In this document: piece by piece, positions 1 through 8,798 of the stretch
How positions within the stretch are numbered: the first letter of the stretch is position 1
Layout of the letters: each line of letters starts with the position of its first letter
Assembly (NCBI GenBank): GCA_963663165.1
Contig: OY760175.1
Coordinates: 1 to 64,000 of the forward strand
Origin: an uncultured Desulfospira sp.
Lineage (GTDB): Bacteria > Desulfobacterota > Desulfobacteria > Desulfobacterales > Desulfobacteraceae
Direction: 5' to 3'
DNA length: 64,000 bases
Position numbers and translations under genes: made by a program
The notes under the pieces: generated by a model
Databases searched by the model: none
The model's input: the letters and a program-made list of their open reading frames with translations, nothing else
What the model was told of the DNA's origin: nothing

Positions 1-1
1 A

Positions 2-562
2 AGTTTTTTTTGGGATCTATACAAAATAGATCTGGCAACAGCCGAACGTTATAGACAGATGAAGTGCCCCCACTGCCAGGGACCGTTGTATTATGCCAAT
101 TATCCGCGCAAACCCAGGGGGGAGCCTGAAGGGTTGTCTGAAGAATGTTTTTTACAATTCAGTTTATGTTGCGGAAGGGAAGGCTGTCGACGTCGTTTGA
201 TCCCGCCAACCTGCCGTTTCCTTGGTAAAAACATTTACTGGTATGCGGCCATTCTGACGATTGTGTCCGACTGGCAGAACCAATCTGTAGGTATCACGAT
301 GTCCAGGTTTGCTGAAACAATCGGTATCTCCCGCAACACCCTTAGCCGCTGGGTCAGCTTATTCAAAGAAATATTTCCAACAAGCTCTCAATGGAAGAAA
401 ATCCGGGGCCGAGTACCTGCAAGCGTAAAAAATGATCGTCTTCCAGCAAGTTTGGTCAACTTCTATCTGCATCAACAGGCGTCCATCAAAAAAACGTTGA
501 TCTCCTGTTTGTCATTCTTGTCTCAAGGCAGTGAAATATCACAAAAAATAAGGGCCGGGTAA
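2..562 (+). CDS. Cys-rich Zn-binding/HTH hypothetical protein associated with the transposase (5' partial)
   Basis: Frame is open from base 2 (SFFWDLYKIDLATAERYRQMKCPHC...). CPHC and CCGREGC motifs; HTH-like ISRNTLSRWVSLF. Confidence 0.7.
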   Translation, partial: SFFWDLYKIDLATAERYRQMKCPHCQGPLYYANYPRKPRGEPEGLSEECFLQFSLCCGREGCRRRLIPPTCRFLGKNIYWYAAILTIVSDWQNQSVGITMSRFAETIGISRNTLSRWVSLFKEIFPTSSQWKKIRGRVPASVKNDRLPASLVNFYLHQQASIKKTLISCLSFLSQGSEISQKIRAG

Positions 563-677
563 TCTCACGCAGAAGATGGGCGTGGCCTTGGGCGCTCAAC
601 TGTTCTATCAAAGGGGCCGGGATTTTTATCAGCATTTCGCTGAAAATTTTAACTCAAAATTGAAAGGACCCCGGCCT

Positions 678-2123
678 ATGAACAGTAAAAACCAAAGTCC
701 GGTTGATAACTGGGCTTTGTTTCGCTTCTCAGTCGTTGGCGGTTTGCTGGCAAATCCGCCGGCCAAAGGTGAGCTGCGCAAGGAACTGGAAAAGCTTTCC
801 TATCAGATTTACACCCATCCCATCACGAACGAATCAACGGTATTTCATTTTTCAACTATTGAAAGCTGGTATTACAAGGCAAAAAATGCCCAGGACCCCA
901 TTATTGCTTTAGGGCGGAAAGTTCGTTCTGACTATGGCGGTTCAATTGTATTCACACCTGAACTGATCCGGATGCTGGGCAGACAATACCGGACTTATCC
1001 GAACTGGAGCTACAAACTGCACGCAGATAATTTCGCAGCAGAACTCCAGGAAAAGGAGGCTTCAGTATCGGTACCATCCTATGCCAGTGTCCGGCGGCGG
1101 ATGATCGAAAGGGGGTGGACCAGGAAGCCCTCAGCAAAGAAAAAACAGACAGCGGGTATGAAAATTGCCGCAAAGCGGTTCGAAAGCCATGAAATCCGAG
1201 GATACGAAGCAGAATATGTTCACAGCCTGTGGCATCTGGATTTTCATGAAGGCAGTCTGCGGGTGGTGGATAACAACGGTAACTGGTATACGCCCAAAGC
1301 CTTATGTATTCTTGACGACCATTCCCGCCTGTGCTGCCACATCCAATGGTATTCAGGAGAAACCACCCAGGATTTGATTCATGGATTGACCCAGGCATTT
1401 TTCAAAAGGGGGCTTCCCAGGGCACTGATGACGGACAACGGATCTGCCATGACCTCCCATGAGTTTTGCAACGGTCTTAAAAAAACAGGGATACTTCATG
1501 AAACGACACTGCCCTACAGCCCTTATCAAAACGGTAAGCAGGAAGCCTTTTGGGGAACCCTTGAAGGCAGATTGATGGCCATGCTGACCCGGGTGGACCC
1601 TCTGACACTGGAATATCTCAATCACAGCAGTCAGGCCTGGGTCGAGATGGAATATAACAAAACCAGGCATAGTGACATCGGCACATCTCCTGTTCAACGC
1701 ATGCTTGAAGGCAAAGATGTTTCCCGGCCGGCACCGGATGAAGAGCAACTGAGGTTCGCCTTTACAGTCTGCGAATCCAGAAATCAGCGAAAATCTGACG
1801 GTACCGTGTCCATCAACGGGGTAAGATTTGAGATCCCTTCCCGGTTTCACCATATCCCTCGGTTACATGTCTGCTTTGCCAATTGGGATAAATCCATGGC
1901 CTGGCTCATGGACCAGAGAACCGGCAAACAGATTGCGCAGATCTACCCCCAGGACAAAATCAAAAATGCTTCAGGAAAACGAAAGATCAAGTCGAGACCT
2001 GAGCATACCATTCTACCGGATGAAACATTGAAAGAATCCGAGCCTGCATTATTAAGAAAACTGATGGCCGAGTATGCCCAAAGCGGCATGCCTCCAGCCT
2101 ATCTTCCCAAAGGAGAATCATGA
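678..2123 (+). CDS. DDE integrase-core transposase with Mu-transposase-like C-terminus
   Basis: LWHLDFH, ILDDHSR, LMTDNGS, PYSPYQNGKQEAF and DGTVSINGVRFEIP motifs. ATG 678 follows AAGGA (track start 576). Confidence 0.9.
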   Translation: MNSKNQSPVDNWALFRFSVVGGLLANPPAKGELRKELEKLSYQIYTHPITNESTVFHFSTIESWYYKAKNAQDPIIALGRKVRSDYGGSIVFTPELIRMLGRQYRTYPNWSYKLHADNFAAELQEKEASVSVPSYASVRRRMIERGWTRKPSAKKKQTAGMKIAAKRFESHEIRGYEAEYVHSLWHLDFHEGSLRVVDNNGNWYTPKALCILDDHSRLCCHIQWYSGETTQDLIHGLTQAFFKRGLPRALMTDNGSAMTSHEFCNGLKKTGILHETTLPYSPYQNGKQEAFWGTLEGRLMAMLTRVDPLTLEYLNHSSQAWVEMEYNKTRHSDIGTSPVQRMLEGKDVSRPAPDEEQLRFAFTVCESRNQRKSDGTVSINGVRFEIPSRFHHIPRLHVCFANWDKSMAWLMDQRTGKQIAQIYPQDKIKNASGKRKIKSRPEHTILPDETLKESEPALLRKLMAEYAQSGMPPAYLPKGES

Positions 2124-2947
2124 ACAACAAACAGCTTCTGGCTTATTACGGCCTTAAATGGAACCCTTTTTTTCCTAATATCCCCGTGGAAGCCTTATGG
2201 CATCCGCCATTGATGAACAGTTTTATTTTTCGTCTTGAGAATATGACCCTGAACGGGGGCTTTGCTTTGATCAGCGGGGACCCCGGCCTTGGCAAATCCA
2301 AGGCGTTGCAGATGATTGCCCAAAAGTTCGGTAAACTTGACGAGGTAGTTGTCGGGGTAATGGAACGTCCCCAAAGCAGTGTCGGAGACTTTTACCGGGA
2401 AATGGGAGTTTTGTTTGGTGTCAATTTGAGCCCTGCCAACCGGTACGGCGGGTTCAAGGATCTTCGGGAGCGCTGGAAAAGTCATGTAAAAACCACCTTG
2501 TTCCGGCCCATCCTGCTCATAGATGAGGCCCAGGAGATGCTGACCGGATGCTTAAATGAACTGCGTTTGTTGAACAGCGCGGACTTTGACTCCCAAAACC
2601 TGTTGACCACCGTGATTTGCGGCGATGACCGGCTCCCGGAACGGTTCAGATCAAGATCCCTGGTATCGCTGGGAAGCCGGATGCAGTTCCGGCTGACGCT
2701 GCTTCCCTATGTCCGGGATGACCTGCTGGATTACATGGATCACAGCCTGAACCAGGCCGGCGCCCCGCACTTAATGACGAAAACTCTGATCAGGACCCTT
2801 GCAGACCATTGCGCCGGCAACCTGCGGGTTCTTAACAATATGGCCGCAGACCTGCTGACTGCGGGGATTGAAAAAGAACTCAATCAATTGGACGAAAAGC
2901 TTTTTATGGAAGTCTATTCCAGACAGCCGCCCAATAAAAAATCATAG
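2120..2947 (+). CDS. ExeA/TniB-like AAA+ ATPase (transposition helper)
   Basis: Walker A GDPGLGKS, Walker B LLIDEAQ; ATGA overlap with the transposase. Confidence 0.9.
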   Translation: MNNKQLLAYYGLKWNPFFPNIPVEALWHPPLMNSFIFRLENMTLNGGFALISGDPGLGKSKALQMIAQKFGKLDEVVVGVMERPQSSVGDFYREMGVLFGVNLSPANRYGGFKDLRERWKSHVKTTLFRPILLIDEAQEMLTGCLNELRLLNSADFDSQNLLTTVICGDDRLPERFRSRSLVSLGSRMQFRLTLLPYVRDDLLDYMDHSLNQAGAPHLMTKTLIRTLADHCAGNLRVLNNMAADLLTAGIEKELNQLDEKLFMEVYSRQPPNKKS

Positions 2948-2956
2948 GAGAACAAT

Positions 2957-3139
2957 ATGGGTATTTATGATGATCCGGACATGAAACTGGAAGAAATCAC
3001 ACAGGAATTGGAACATTTTATCCTGGATATGGTCCTTGCCGGACTTGAAAGCTTGAATATGGAATATCGGGCCTTCAGGCGATTCCAGAAACAAAGGCTC
3101 ACGGAAAAGAACCGTCATAAAGAACACGAGCCGTTTTGA
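2957..3139 (+). CDS. Small hypothetical protein (60 aa)
   Basis: AGGAG RBS; directly follows the ATPase. Confidence 0.55.
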   Translation: MGIYDDPDMKLEEITQELEHFILDMVLAGLESLNMEYRAFRRFQKQRLTEKNRHKEHEPF

Positions 3140-3176
3140 ACGTACGCCCGGACTCCAAAGGTCCGGGCCTGCCTCA

Positions 3177-3965
3177 ATGGAAAAAATACTTTGGAAAATC
3201 GGCAATTATTTTAAGCACCGCTTCAGCCTGGCAGTTCTTGATGAAATTAAGGGCCGGTGGCCCGTTCTCCCCTCTTGTAAAAACATCCCTTATCTTAAAG
3301 CTGAAAATGCCGGAGGAAGGCACATCCTGATCAGACCTGATCCTGTTATTCAGCCTTATTATTTTCTTGCCGACGATTTAAACATTGACCTGCTTATCCG
3401 GCATCATCAATCCATATCAAACCGCTTTAAACCAGGCAGGATGGTTATAGAAACATCTCCCGGCAATTATCAAATTTGGATTCACAGTGACCGTCCGTTA
3501 AGCCTTCCCGAAAAAAAGTATTGGTTGGAAAACATGCACAGTGATCCCGGCGCCGACCCGAAAAACAGGTGGGGCAGATGCCCCGGGTTCAGGAACAGAA
3601 AAGCAAAACACAGAACGCCTTCAGGACAATACCCTTTGGCAAAGCTATTATGGGTGGACTGGAAATGCCAGGCTATTGTCCCTGAAATAGAATTATCCTC
3701 CCAACCTCAAGAAGTCTTTTCCCATCAACCCCGGGGGGGAGTGTGCCATAACGGTAATATTTCCCGCTCCCTCTATGATAAGGGTGACGAATCTGCCACT
3801 GATTTTGCATATGCTCTGGCCCTCTATAGAAGAGGTTTCTCACGAATGGAAATTTACAATCGCATTATCAATGAAAGGCAGGATTGGATTAATCATGCGG
3901 GTGAACGAAAAAAAACACAGTATCTGATCAGGACATTACAGAAAGCTGAAAAAATTATCAGTTAA
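3177..3965 (+). CDS. RepB-family (AEP superfamily) DNA primase domain protein with C-terminal helical domain
   Basis: LADDL, IETSPGNYQIW, GADP...GRCPGFRNRK and C-terminal DESATDFAYALAL motifs. Confidence 0.8.
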   Translation: MEKILWKIGNYFKHRFSLAVLDEIKGRWPVLPSCKNIPYLKAENAGGRHILIRPDPVIQPYYFLADDLNIDLLIRHHQSISNRFKPGRMVIETSPGNYQIWIHSDRPLSLPEKKYWLENMHSDPGADPKNRWGRCPGFRNRKAKHRTPSGQYPLAKLLWVDWKCQAIVPEIELSSQPQEVFSHQPRGGVCHNGNISRSLYDKGDESATDFAYALALYRRGFSRMEIYNRIINERQDWINHAGERKKTQYLIRTLQKAEKIIS

Positions 3966-4042
3966 AATCGGGCTCTCTTGGCCTCCGGGAAAGCCCTTAT
4001 TTACCATGAAACGTTGTCCATGAATTATCGTGATTGCTCTCA

Positions 4043-4083
4043 TCAAAATGCTGCGGACAGGCCGCAGATTTTGGGGGTTAGAA
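4043..4083 (+). other. attC-like site, lacking its R'' box
   Basis: CAAAAT-G-CTGCGG ACAGG CCGCAG-ATTTTG GGG GTTAGAA: a stem with one extrahelical base, followed by a GTT R' box 16 bp before the next ORF. Confidence 0.6.
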
Positions 4084-4099
4084 ATAGAAAATAGAATAT

Positions 4100-4792
4100 A
4101 TGGAAAAGATAATCGAAATAATAAAATTCATAACATCCCTTAAAAAAAATCCATTTCTTTATTTTTCAGGATTGTTGGTCTCCTCCGGAACAATTCTGTT
4201 ATCGAAAGGTATATTAGAGGTTCTATTAGGTGTTTCTTTTTCATTTTTTGACGATAAAAAAAATAGTGTTTCCTACGAAAGTATTTACACAAATACATTG
4301 GCGACTTTCTTAATATTATTGGGCGTTTTATTATTCTATTACAAATTTTTAAGAAAAGAAAAAATGCCAGTTGAATATTGCAATGATACTTCTGTGATAG
4401 AATATATTTTTTCAGATATTACAAATTTGAACAAACTCGACTACTTCATAGATCAAGCACTCTATCCTTATCTTCTTGAATCATCATTATATGAGCGTGA
4501 TCATATGGAAAAATTCATATTGTCTTCAAACTACCATGTTTATGACAACAAATTAAAGGATCTTATACAATCATTCTATGAAGATTGGTCAAGGACTTGC
4601 TCTCATTGGGAAGCTTTTACACCTACGAATGTCAACGACAAATTGAGACCCAATACATGGTTAGATATAGCAAGAACTGATGATGTACAATTAGCGATTC
4701 GAGAAGTTCCAGAATTTGCTAAAGAGATGCATAGATCTCTTAAAAATTTAGTGGCATATATTAAGACAAATTATAAAGATATCGTATTGTAA
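4100..4792 (+). CDS. Hypothetical membrane protein (2-3 N-terminal hydrophobic segments), AT-rich
   Basis: 230-aa ORF; hydrophobic FLYFSGLLVSSGTILL and TLATFLILLGVLLFYY segments. Confidence 0.75.
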   Translation: MEKIIEIIKFITSLKKNPFLYFSGLLVSSGTILLSKGILEVLLGVSFSFFDDKKNSVSYESIYTNTLATFLILLGVLLFYYKFLRKEKMPVEYCNDTSVIEYIFSDITNLNKLDYFIDQALYPYLLESSLYERDHMEKFILSSNYHVYDNKLKDLIQSFYEDWSRTCSHWEAFTPTNVNDKLRPNTWLDIARTDDVQLAIREVPEFAKEMHRSLKNLVAYIKTNYKDIVL

Positions 4793-4829
4793 TTAGAACA
4801 TTTTTTCAATCATTGTTGCTGTAGCAGAT

Positions 4830-6327
4830 CAATGTCATTAACTTAACGAAGTGGTTTATAACAGCAATGGAAACGACCGCTTCGATTATTGAAATTCCTT
4901 GGAAATTTTCTGCCCGGTCTTACCGGTTCTATAGTCCTGACAATAATGTCTTGTATAGCTGATATCAACTCAACAACCTTTTCACCTGAGCGAACGAACA
5001 ATAGCGGAAGAACGTCCTTCATTTTTGATAAAGCCTGTGCAAAATTCGGCTTATATTTATACATCCGATCCTCAGTATTTTTGTCAATAATGGTCTGAGT
5101 GGGAAAAGCTAATATTGATGTCAGATTCTTTGAGAACACTCTCGCATGGAAATCCTGGTAAACGGACAGGACTGATTTTCCGGTGAAATTTTCTATTTCT
5201 ATCCATTGTTTCATAGTCTTGTAGTCTTCTTCTACAGGCCACCTCAAATGATAAAGTTCAGAAAACTGATTATGCGTAAAGGTTTGTTTGTCAATGATGG
5301 ATGTAATGAGGATTTCAGCTTCGCCTGTCTCTAACTCAATCCGAATCAATCGTAGTTTTAATGGCTTTAAATCAAGCCCCATTTCTTTGCATTGTTTTAT
5401 TGAACTGGGGAATGGCGTCAAAGATATGATTTTTTCCTTCTTGCCTGAATTATAAAATTGCCGGACTATTTTCCATCTTTTTAGCTGAATCCGGGCGCAA
5501 AAATCGGCACCTTGATTGAGAATGAGATTAAACAGCCAATATGCTGGATAGCCCCTGTCCAGAAGTATAAGGTCACCTGGTACCATTTTTAAACAATGGA
5601 AGGCGGCCAGTTCACGTTCTCCAGTTTCTTTGGGGACAATTTGAGCGTCAACAGTTATTTTGTTGAGTGGATCGAACATCTGAGAAATGCGGGCCATGGG
5701 GCATTTTTCTCCCTGGCGTGGATTCCATGCTCCAAAATTTTTTAATATTGATTCAATCCGGGGCAGTTGAGCTGTCGACCCGTCTATAGCAAGCAGATTA
5801 AAACCCTCCCATCTCAAGGGGGCAAAATTCTGATAGAAAAAATCTATCTGCTGATCATTAAGCTCGGAGAATGCCTCGTATTTTAATTTCATCCTGGCTT
5901 TGGTCAAGGCTGGCTTGGAGATAAATCGCCTTATAACATCAAACCCGAATATGGCTTTAAAGAAATGGTCGAGTTCATCCTGATATGAACCCTTGACCAA
6001 ATTCATCAGGAAAAATATAAGTATTGAAAAGGACAGTTTTCTGTTACGGGTGAAATTTTTTGGACTTTGGCGGTGTTGATTGATAAAATTTGAAGAATTG
6101 ATATTTTTTTTAAGAAAATCAATTAGTTTGGCACATATATTGGAAAGCAGGTTCCGTGCCAACCGGTGTAAAATTGTTATCAAATTTCGACATGATATGC
6201 TCCTTTTTTTATGATAATTGGCTGTTATTATTAGAATTGAGTATATCATGTCGATTTCATTTTTTCAATGATTTTATCATTAATATCAGCAAGTTAAACA
6301 CAAAATCTTCTTAAGTTAATGACATTG
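4830..6327 (-). mobile_element. Intact IS4-family element
   Basis: Perfect 17-bp TIR CAATGTCATTAACTTAA (4830-4846, 6311-6327); 10-bp TSD TGTAGCAGAT (4820-4829, 6328-6337). Confidence 0.95.
4843..6249 (-). CDS. IS4-family transposase (true start probably downstream of 6249)
   Basis: LAIDGS, LLDRGY and Y-x2-R-W-x2-E-x3-K (YHLRWPVEEDYK) motifs. Confidence 0.93.
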   Translation of the reverse strand: MIYSILIITANYHKKRSISCRNLITILHRLARNLLSNICAKLIDFLKKNINSSNFINQHRQSPKNFTRNRKLSFSILIFFLMNLVKGSYQDELDHFFKAIFGFDVIRRFISKPALTKARMKLKYEAFSELNDQQIDFFYQNFAPLRWEGFNLLAIDGSTAQLPRIESILKNFGAWNPRQGEKCPMARISQMFDPLNKITVDAQIVPKETGERELAAFHCLKMVPGDLILLDRGYPAYWLFNLILNQGADFCARIQLKRWKIVRQFYNSGKKEKIISLTPFPSSIKQCKEMGLDLKPLKLRLIRIELETGEAEILITSIIDKQTFTHNQFSELYHLRWPVEEDYKTMKQWIEIENFTGKSVLSVYQDFHARVFSKNLTSILAFPTQTIIDKNTEDRMYKYKPNFAQALSKMKDVLPLLFVRSGEKVVELISAIQDIIVRTIEPVRPGRKFPRNFNNRSGRFHCCYKPLR

Positions 6328-6392
6328 TGTAGCAGATGGCAAAAAGAACGTCGAGCTTTAACATCCCGTTAATGGATAAGGATATCCGAGCT

Positions 6393-7616
6393 ATGAGTGA
6401 AAACAAATATAATCCTGTTTATGATGATAATAAATTCCTCAACACTATCTATGTTGGTAAAAGGATGAAATGGAATGGACGTTATGTTGAATTGATCACT
6501 GAAGACGAACGGCAGTATTTTGTTGTTTCAGAAAAATTAAGCGCAACACTATACGAAACAAATGGTGGTAGACAAAAAATACAAGCAACCGTTCTTGAAG
6601 CTGAAAGTGATGTGAAGGTCCCGGTTATATATCTTTCAAGAATTAATGTCAAAACAGGAAAAATTGCCGATAGTGGAGAGCAACAAATATGCTTATACCC
6701 AGAAGTTGCTGAAAAGCTATATCATTTTATTGGTAAACTTAAATCTATTGATTATTCAAACCCAGATAGTTTCAAAATTAATGTTGAAAGCATAAAAGAT
6801 TTACAGGAAAATTCTATTGATAGCTCTGATAGTTATTTTGCAGCATTAAGAAAGCATCCTATGCGCGCAAAAATAATAGAAAAAATGATTGATGAGGGCG
6901 CAATAACTTCCAAAGATATAGTAAACACTTCCTTCAGAAAAAAAGAATTGAGTATCTTCAAGAAGCTAATTGATAACAGTGAATACTGGAAAACCTATGC
7001 ATCAGAAAATAATATTTTTGATAAGAGAGAAGAGAAGGTTTGGCAGTCTTTCTTTGAAAAAAATCAATGGATATTTGGTTATGGCCTTGACTATCGTTTT
7101 CAAACTATATTGCAACGAGAATCGCATGTTTCAGATACAGAGCTAAATGGATCCAATTCGGTAATAGCTGATTATTTACTTGGAGACAAAAAATTTACTA
7201 CATTCGTTGAGATCAAAAAACCATCAACACCGTTATTTGCGCCATTAAAAAACAGATCTAATAGTTGGAGACTTTCTAATGATGTTGTGTATTCTGTTTC
7301 ACAAATACTTGAACAGAAGGCATCAGGTCTTATAAAGTTGGACAAACAGCAATATAGCTCTTCTGGTAGCCCGATTAGTCAGAAAGCATATGATTCCAAA
7401 GTAATACTTATTATGGGACACTGGAAACAACTTGGAGAATCAAGTAATGAACTTGAATTTGAAATTAAAAAGAAAACATTTGAACTCTTTCGTAATGACA
7501 GCAGGAATATTGAAATTTTAACCTATGATGAGCTTTATGATAGAGCTAAATATATTGTAGAAGGAGAAGGAAAAGAGCTCCAATCAGATTATAAAACAGA
7601 TAATATTCCATTTTAG
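6393..7616 (+). CDS. sduA: Shedu anti-phage nuclease (DUF4263)
   Basis: EEKVWQSFFEKNQWIFG, ADYLL...FVEIKKP, SVSQI and FELFR...IEILTYDELYDRA match DUF4263. Track start 6336 overlaps the IS4 TSD. Confidence 0.85.
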   Translation: MSENKYNPVYDDNKFLNTIYVGKRMKWNGRYVELITEDERQYFVVSEKLSATLYETNGGRQKIQATVLEAESDVKVPVIYLSRINVKTGKIADSGEQQICLYPEVAEKLYHFIGKLKSIDYSNPDSFKINVESIKDLQENSIDSSDSYFAALRKHPMRAKIIEKMIDEGAITSKDIVNTSFRKKELSIFKKLIDNSEYWKTYASENNIFDKREEKVWQSFFEKNQWIFGYGLDYRFQTILQRESHVSDTELNGSNSVIADYLLGDKKFTTFVEIKKPSTPLFAPLKNRSNSWRLSNDVVYSVSQILEQKASGLIKLDKQQYSSSGSPISQKAYDSKVILIMGHWKQLGESSNELEFEIKKKTFELFRNDSRNIEILTYDELYDRAKYIVEGEGKELQSDYKTDNIPF

Positions 7617-7726
7617 CTTTGACGACAGAAATTGCTATGCAGCCAGTTATCACTGGGAACATATATAGAGTGGTGAGTTTAGTGAGGAAAAAAGGGGGAT
7701 AGTCTGCCTTTGATCCTTGTTGAAAT

Positions 7727-7777
7727 TCCCAACAATCAAAATGAACCGGACGAGCCGGTTATTTGGAATCGTTCACG
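7727..7777 (+). other. Short attC-like site
   Basis: TCCCAAC AAT CAAAAT-G-AACCGG ACGAG CCGGTT-ATTTGG AATC GTT; same architecture as the site at 4043. Confidence 0.6.
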
Positions 7778-7796
7778 GCGGCTTCGCCGCCGTGAA
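7772..7796. repeat. GC-rich hairpin
   Basis: TTCACGGCGGC TTC GCCGCCGTGAA, an 11-bp perfect stem. Confidence 0.7.
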
Positions 7797-7878
7797 TCGC
7801 AAATAAATCAAAATTTTTGAGGAATAGTAGAGCGACAGATATGTCTATTTATGTAGCGAGTTTTTTTTGTTGCGTGTT

Positions 7879-7944
7879 CTACCCCGCCCGACCCAGCTGG
7901 ACCCCGCTATACCCCGCCATATTTTGAAAAAATACTACCCCGCC
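7879..7944 (+). repeat. Phased ACCC(C/A)GCY direct repeats
   Basis: Copies at 7881, 7891, 7901 and 7911 (10-bp period) and a fifth at 7937. Confidence 0.8.
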
Positions 7945-7984
7945 ACCATCCATCCGATCATAGATCTAAGGAGGTATCAGGTCT

Positions 7985-8524
7985 ATGAAAAAACAAATCC
8001 GACAGCGCAGGTGTAAAAACTGCCAAAATTTATTCAAGCCAGATCCCCGTCATTTGAAACGGCAAAAATTTTGTAACGAACCCGAATGCAAAATTGCCAG
8101 TAAAAAACACAGCCAGCAAAAATGGCTGAATAAGCCAAAGAATCAGGATTATTTTTCAGGGCCTGAGAATGTGGTCCGTGTTCAGGAATGGCGCCAAAGC
8201 AATCCTGGTTACTGGAAGCGAACAAAGCCTCCGGGAAAGCCATCCTTAACTGAAAATACGTTACAAGAGATAAAAACTGCCAAAACCATTGCTGGTAAAG
8301 GATCTTCGATGGATTTAATTCAAATACCGTTACAAGATTTAATATCGGCCAAGACCCTTGTCTTTATTGGGTTTGACACCCTCCTTAACAAAAATGCGTT
8401 ACAAGAGATTATTGATGCCACGGACCAGGAGACGGTAAAATTGACACCAGATATTATGAAGGAACTAACCAAAAAGAAGAGGTGTCAGCATGGGCAAACG
8501 ATTTTCTTCAAAGGAACTTTATAG
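7985..8524 (+). CDS. Hypothetical Cys4 Zn-binding protein
   Basis: GGAGG RBS; CKNC...QKFCNEPEC motif. Confidence 0.8.
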   Translation: MKKQIRQRRCKNCQNLFKPDPRHLKRQKFCNEPECKIASKKHSQQKWLNKPKNQDYFSGPENVVRVQEWRQSNPGYWKRTKPPGKPSLTENTLQEIKTAKTIAGKGSSMDLIQIPLQDLISAKTLVFIGFDTLLNKNALQEIIDATDQETVKLTPDIMKELTKKKRCQHGQTIFFKGTL

Positions 8525-8798
8525 ATTACGAAATTCAATACCCATTCATGTGTTGATCGAAACGGAACTGGGTATTCCAGCCAAAATAAGTGAAGGGGTT
8601 TTCCGTTTTCTGTGTCCCTTGTGCAATGAATTTCAGACTGCAGTTAATCCTAAGACGAACCTGAGCAGGTGTTTTCGATGCGAAAAGAATTTTAATACCA
8701 TAGATCTGGTAATGGCCTGTCGGCACATTGGTTTTGTTGACAGTGTCAAATATCTTCAGATTATTTTGAATACAAGAGCACCTGATCATGACGTCTGA
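8490..8798 (+). CDS. Stand-alone primase-type (CHC2-like) zinc finger protein
   Basis: FLCPLC...TAVNPKTNLSRCFRCEKNFNTIDLVM...FVDSVKYL resembles the DnaG N-terminal Zn domain. Confidence 0.8.
   Translation: MGKRFSSKELYRLRNSIPIHVLIETELGIPAKISEGVFRFLCPLCNEFQTAVNPKTNLSRCFRCEKNFNTIDLVMACRHIGFVDSVKYLQIILNTRAPDHDV

Larger units (their letters stand above)
1..4042 (+). mobile_element. Putative Mu/IS481-like transposon (Zn-binding ORF, DDE transposase, ExeA-like ATPase, small ORF, RepB primase); left end outside window
   Basis: Co-oriented, coupled ORFs. Candidate right end ...TGATTGCTCTCA at 4042, with subterminal CCATGAA repeats (4004-4010, 4018-4024), abutting an attC-like hairpin. Confidence 0.65.

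Noticed and set aside
4050..4059. GCTGCGGACA as a TGT...ACA transposon end
   Set aside because: It lies within the attC-like stem that is conserved at 7727; an end at 4042 fits better, though this is unproven without the left end.
7879..7944. CRISPR array
   Set aside because: Units are 8-10 bp with no spacers and there are no cas genes.
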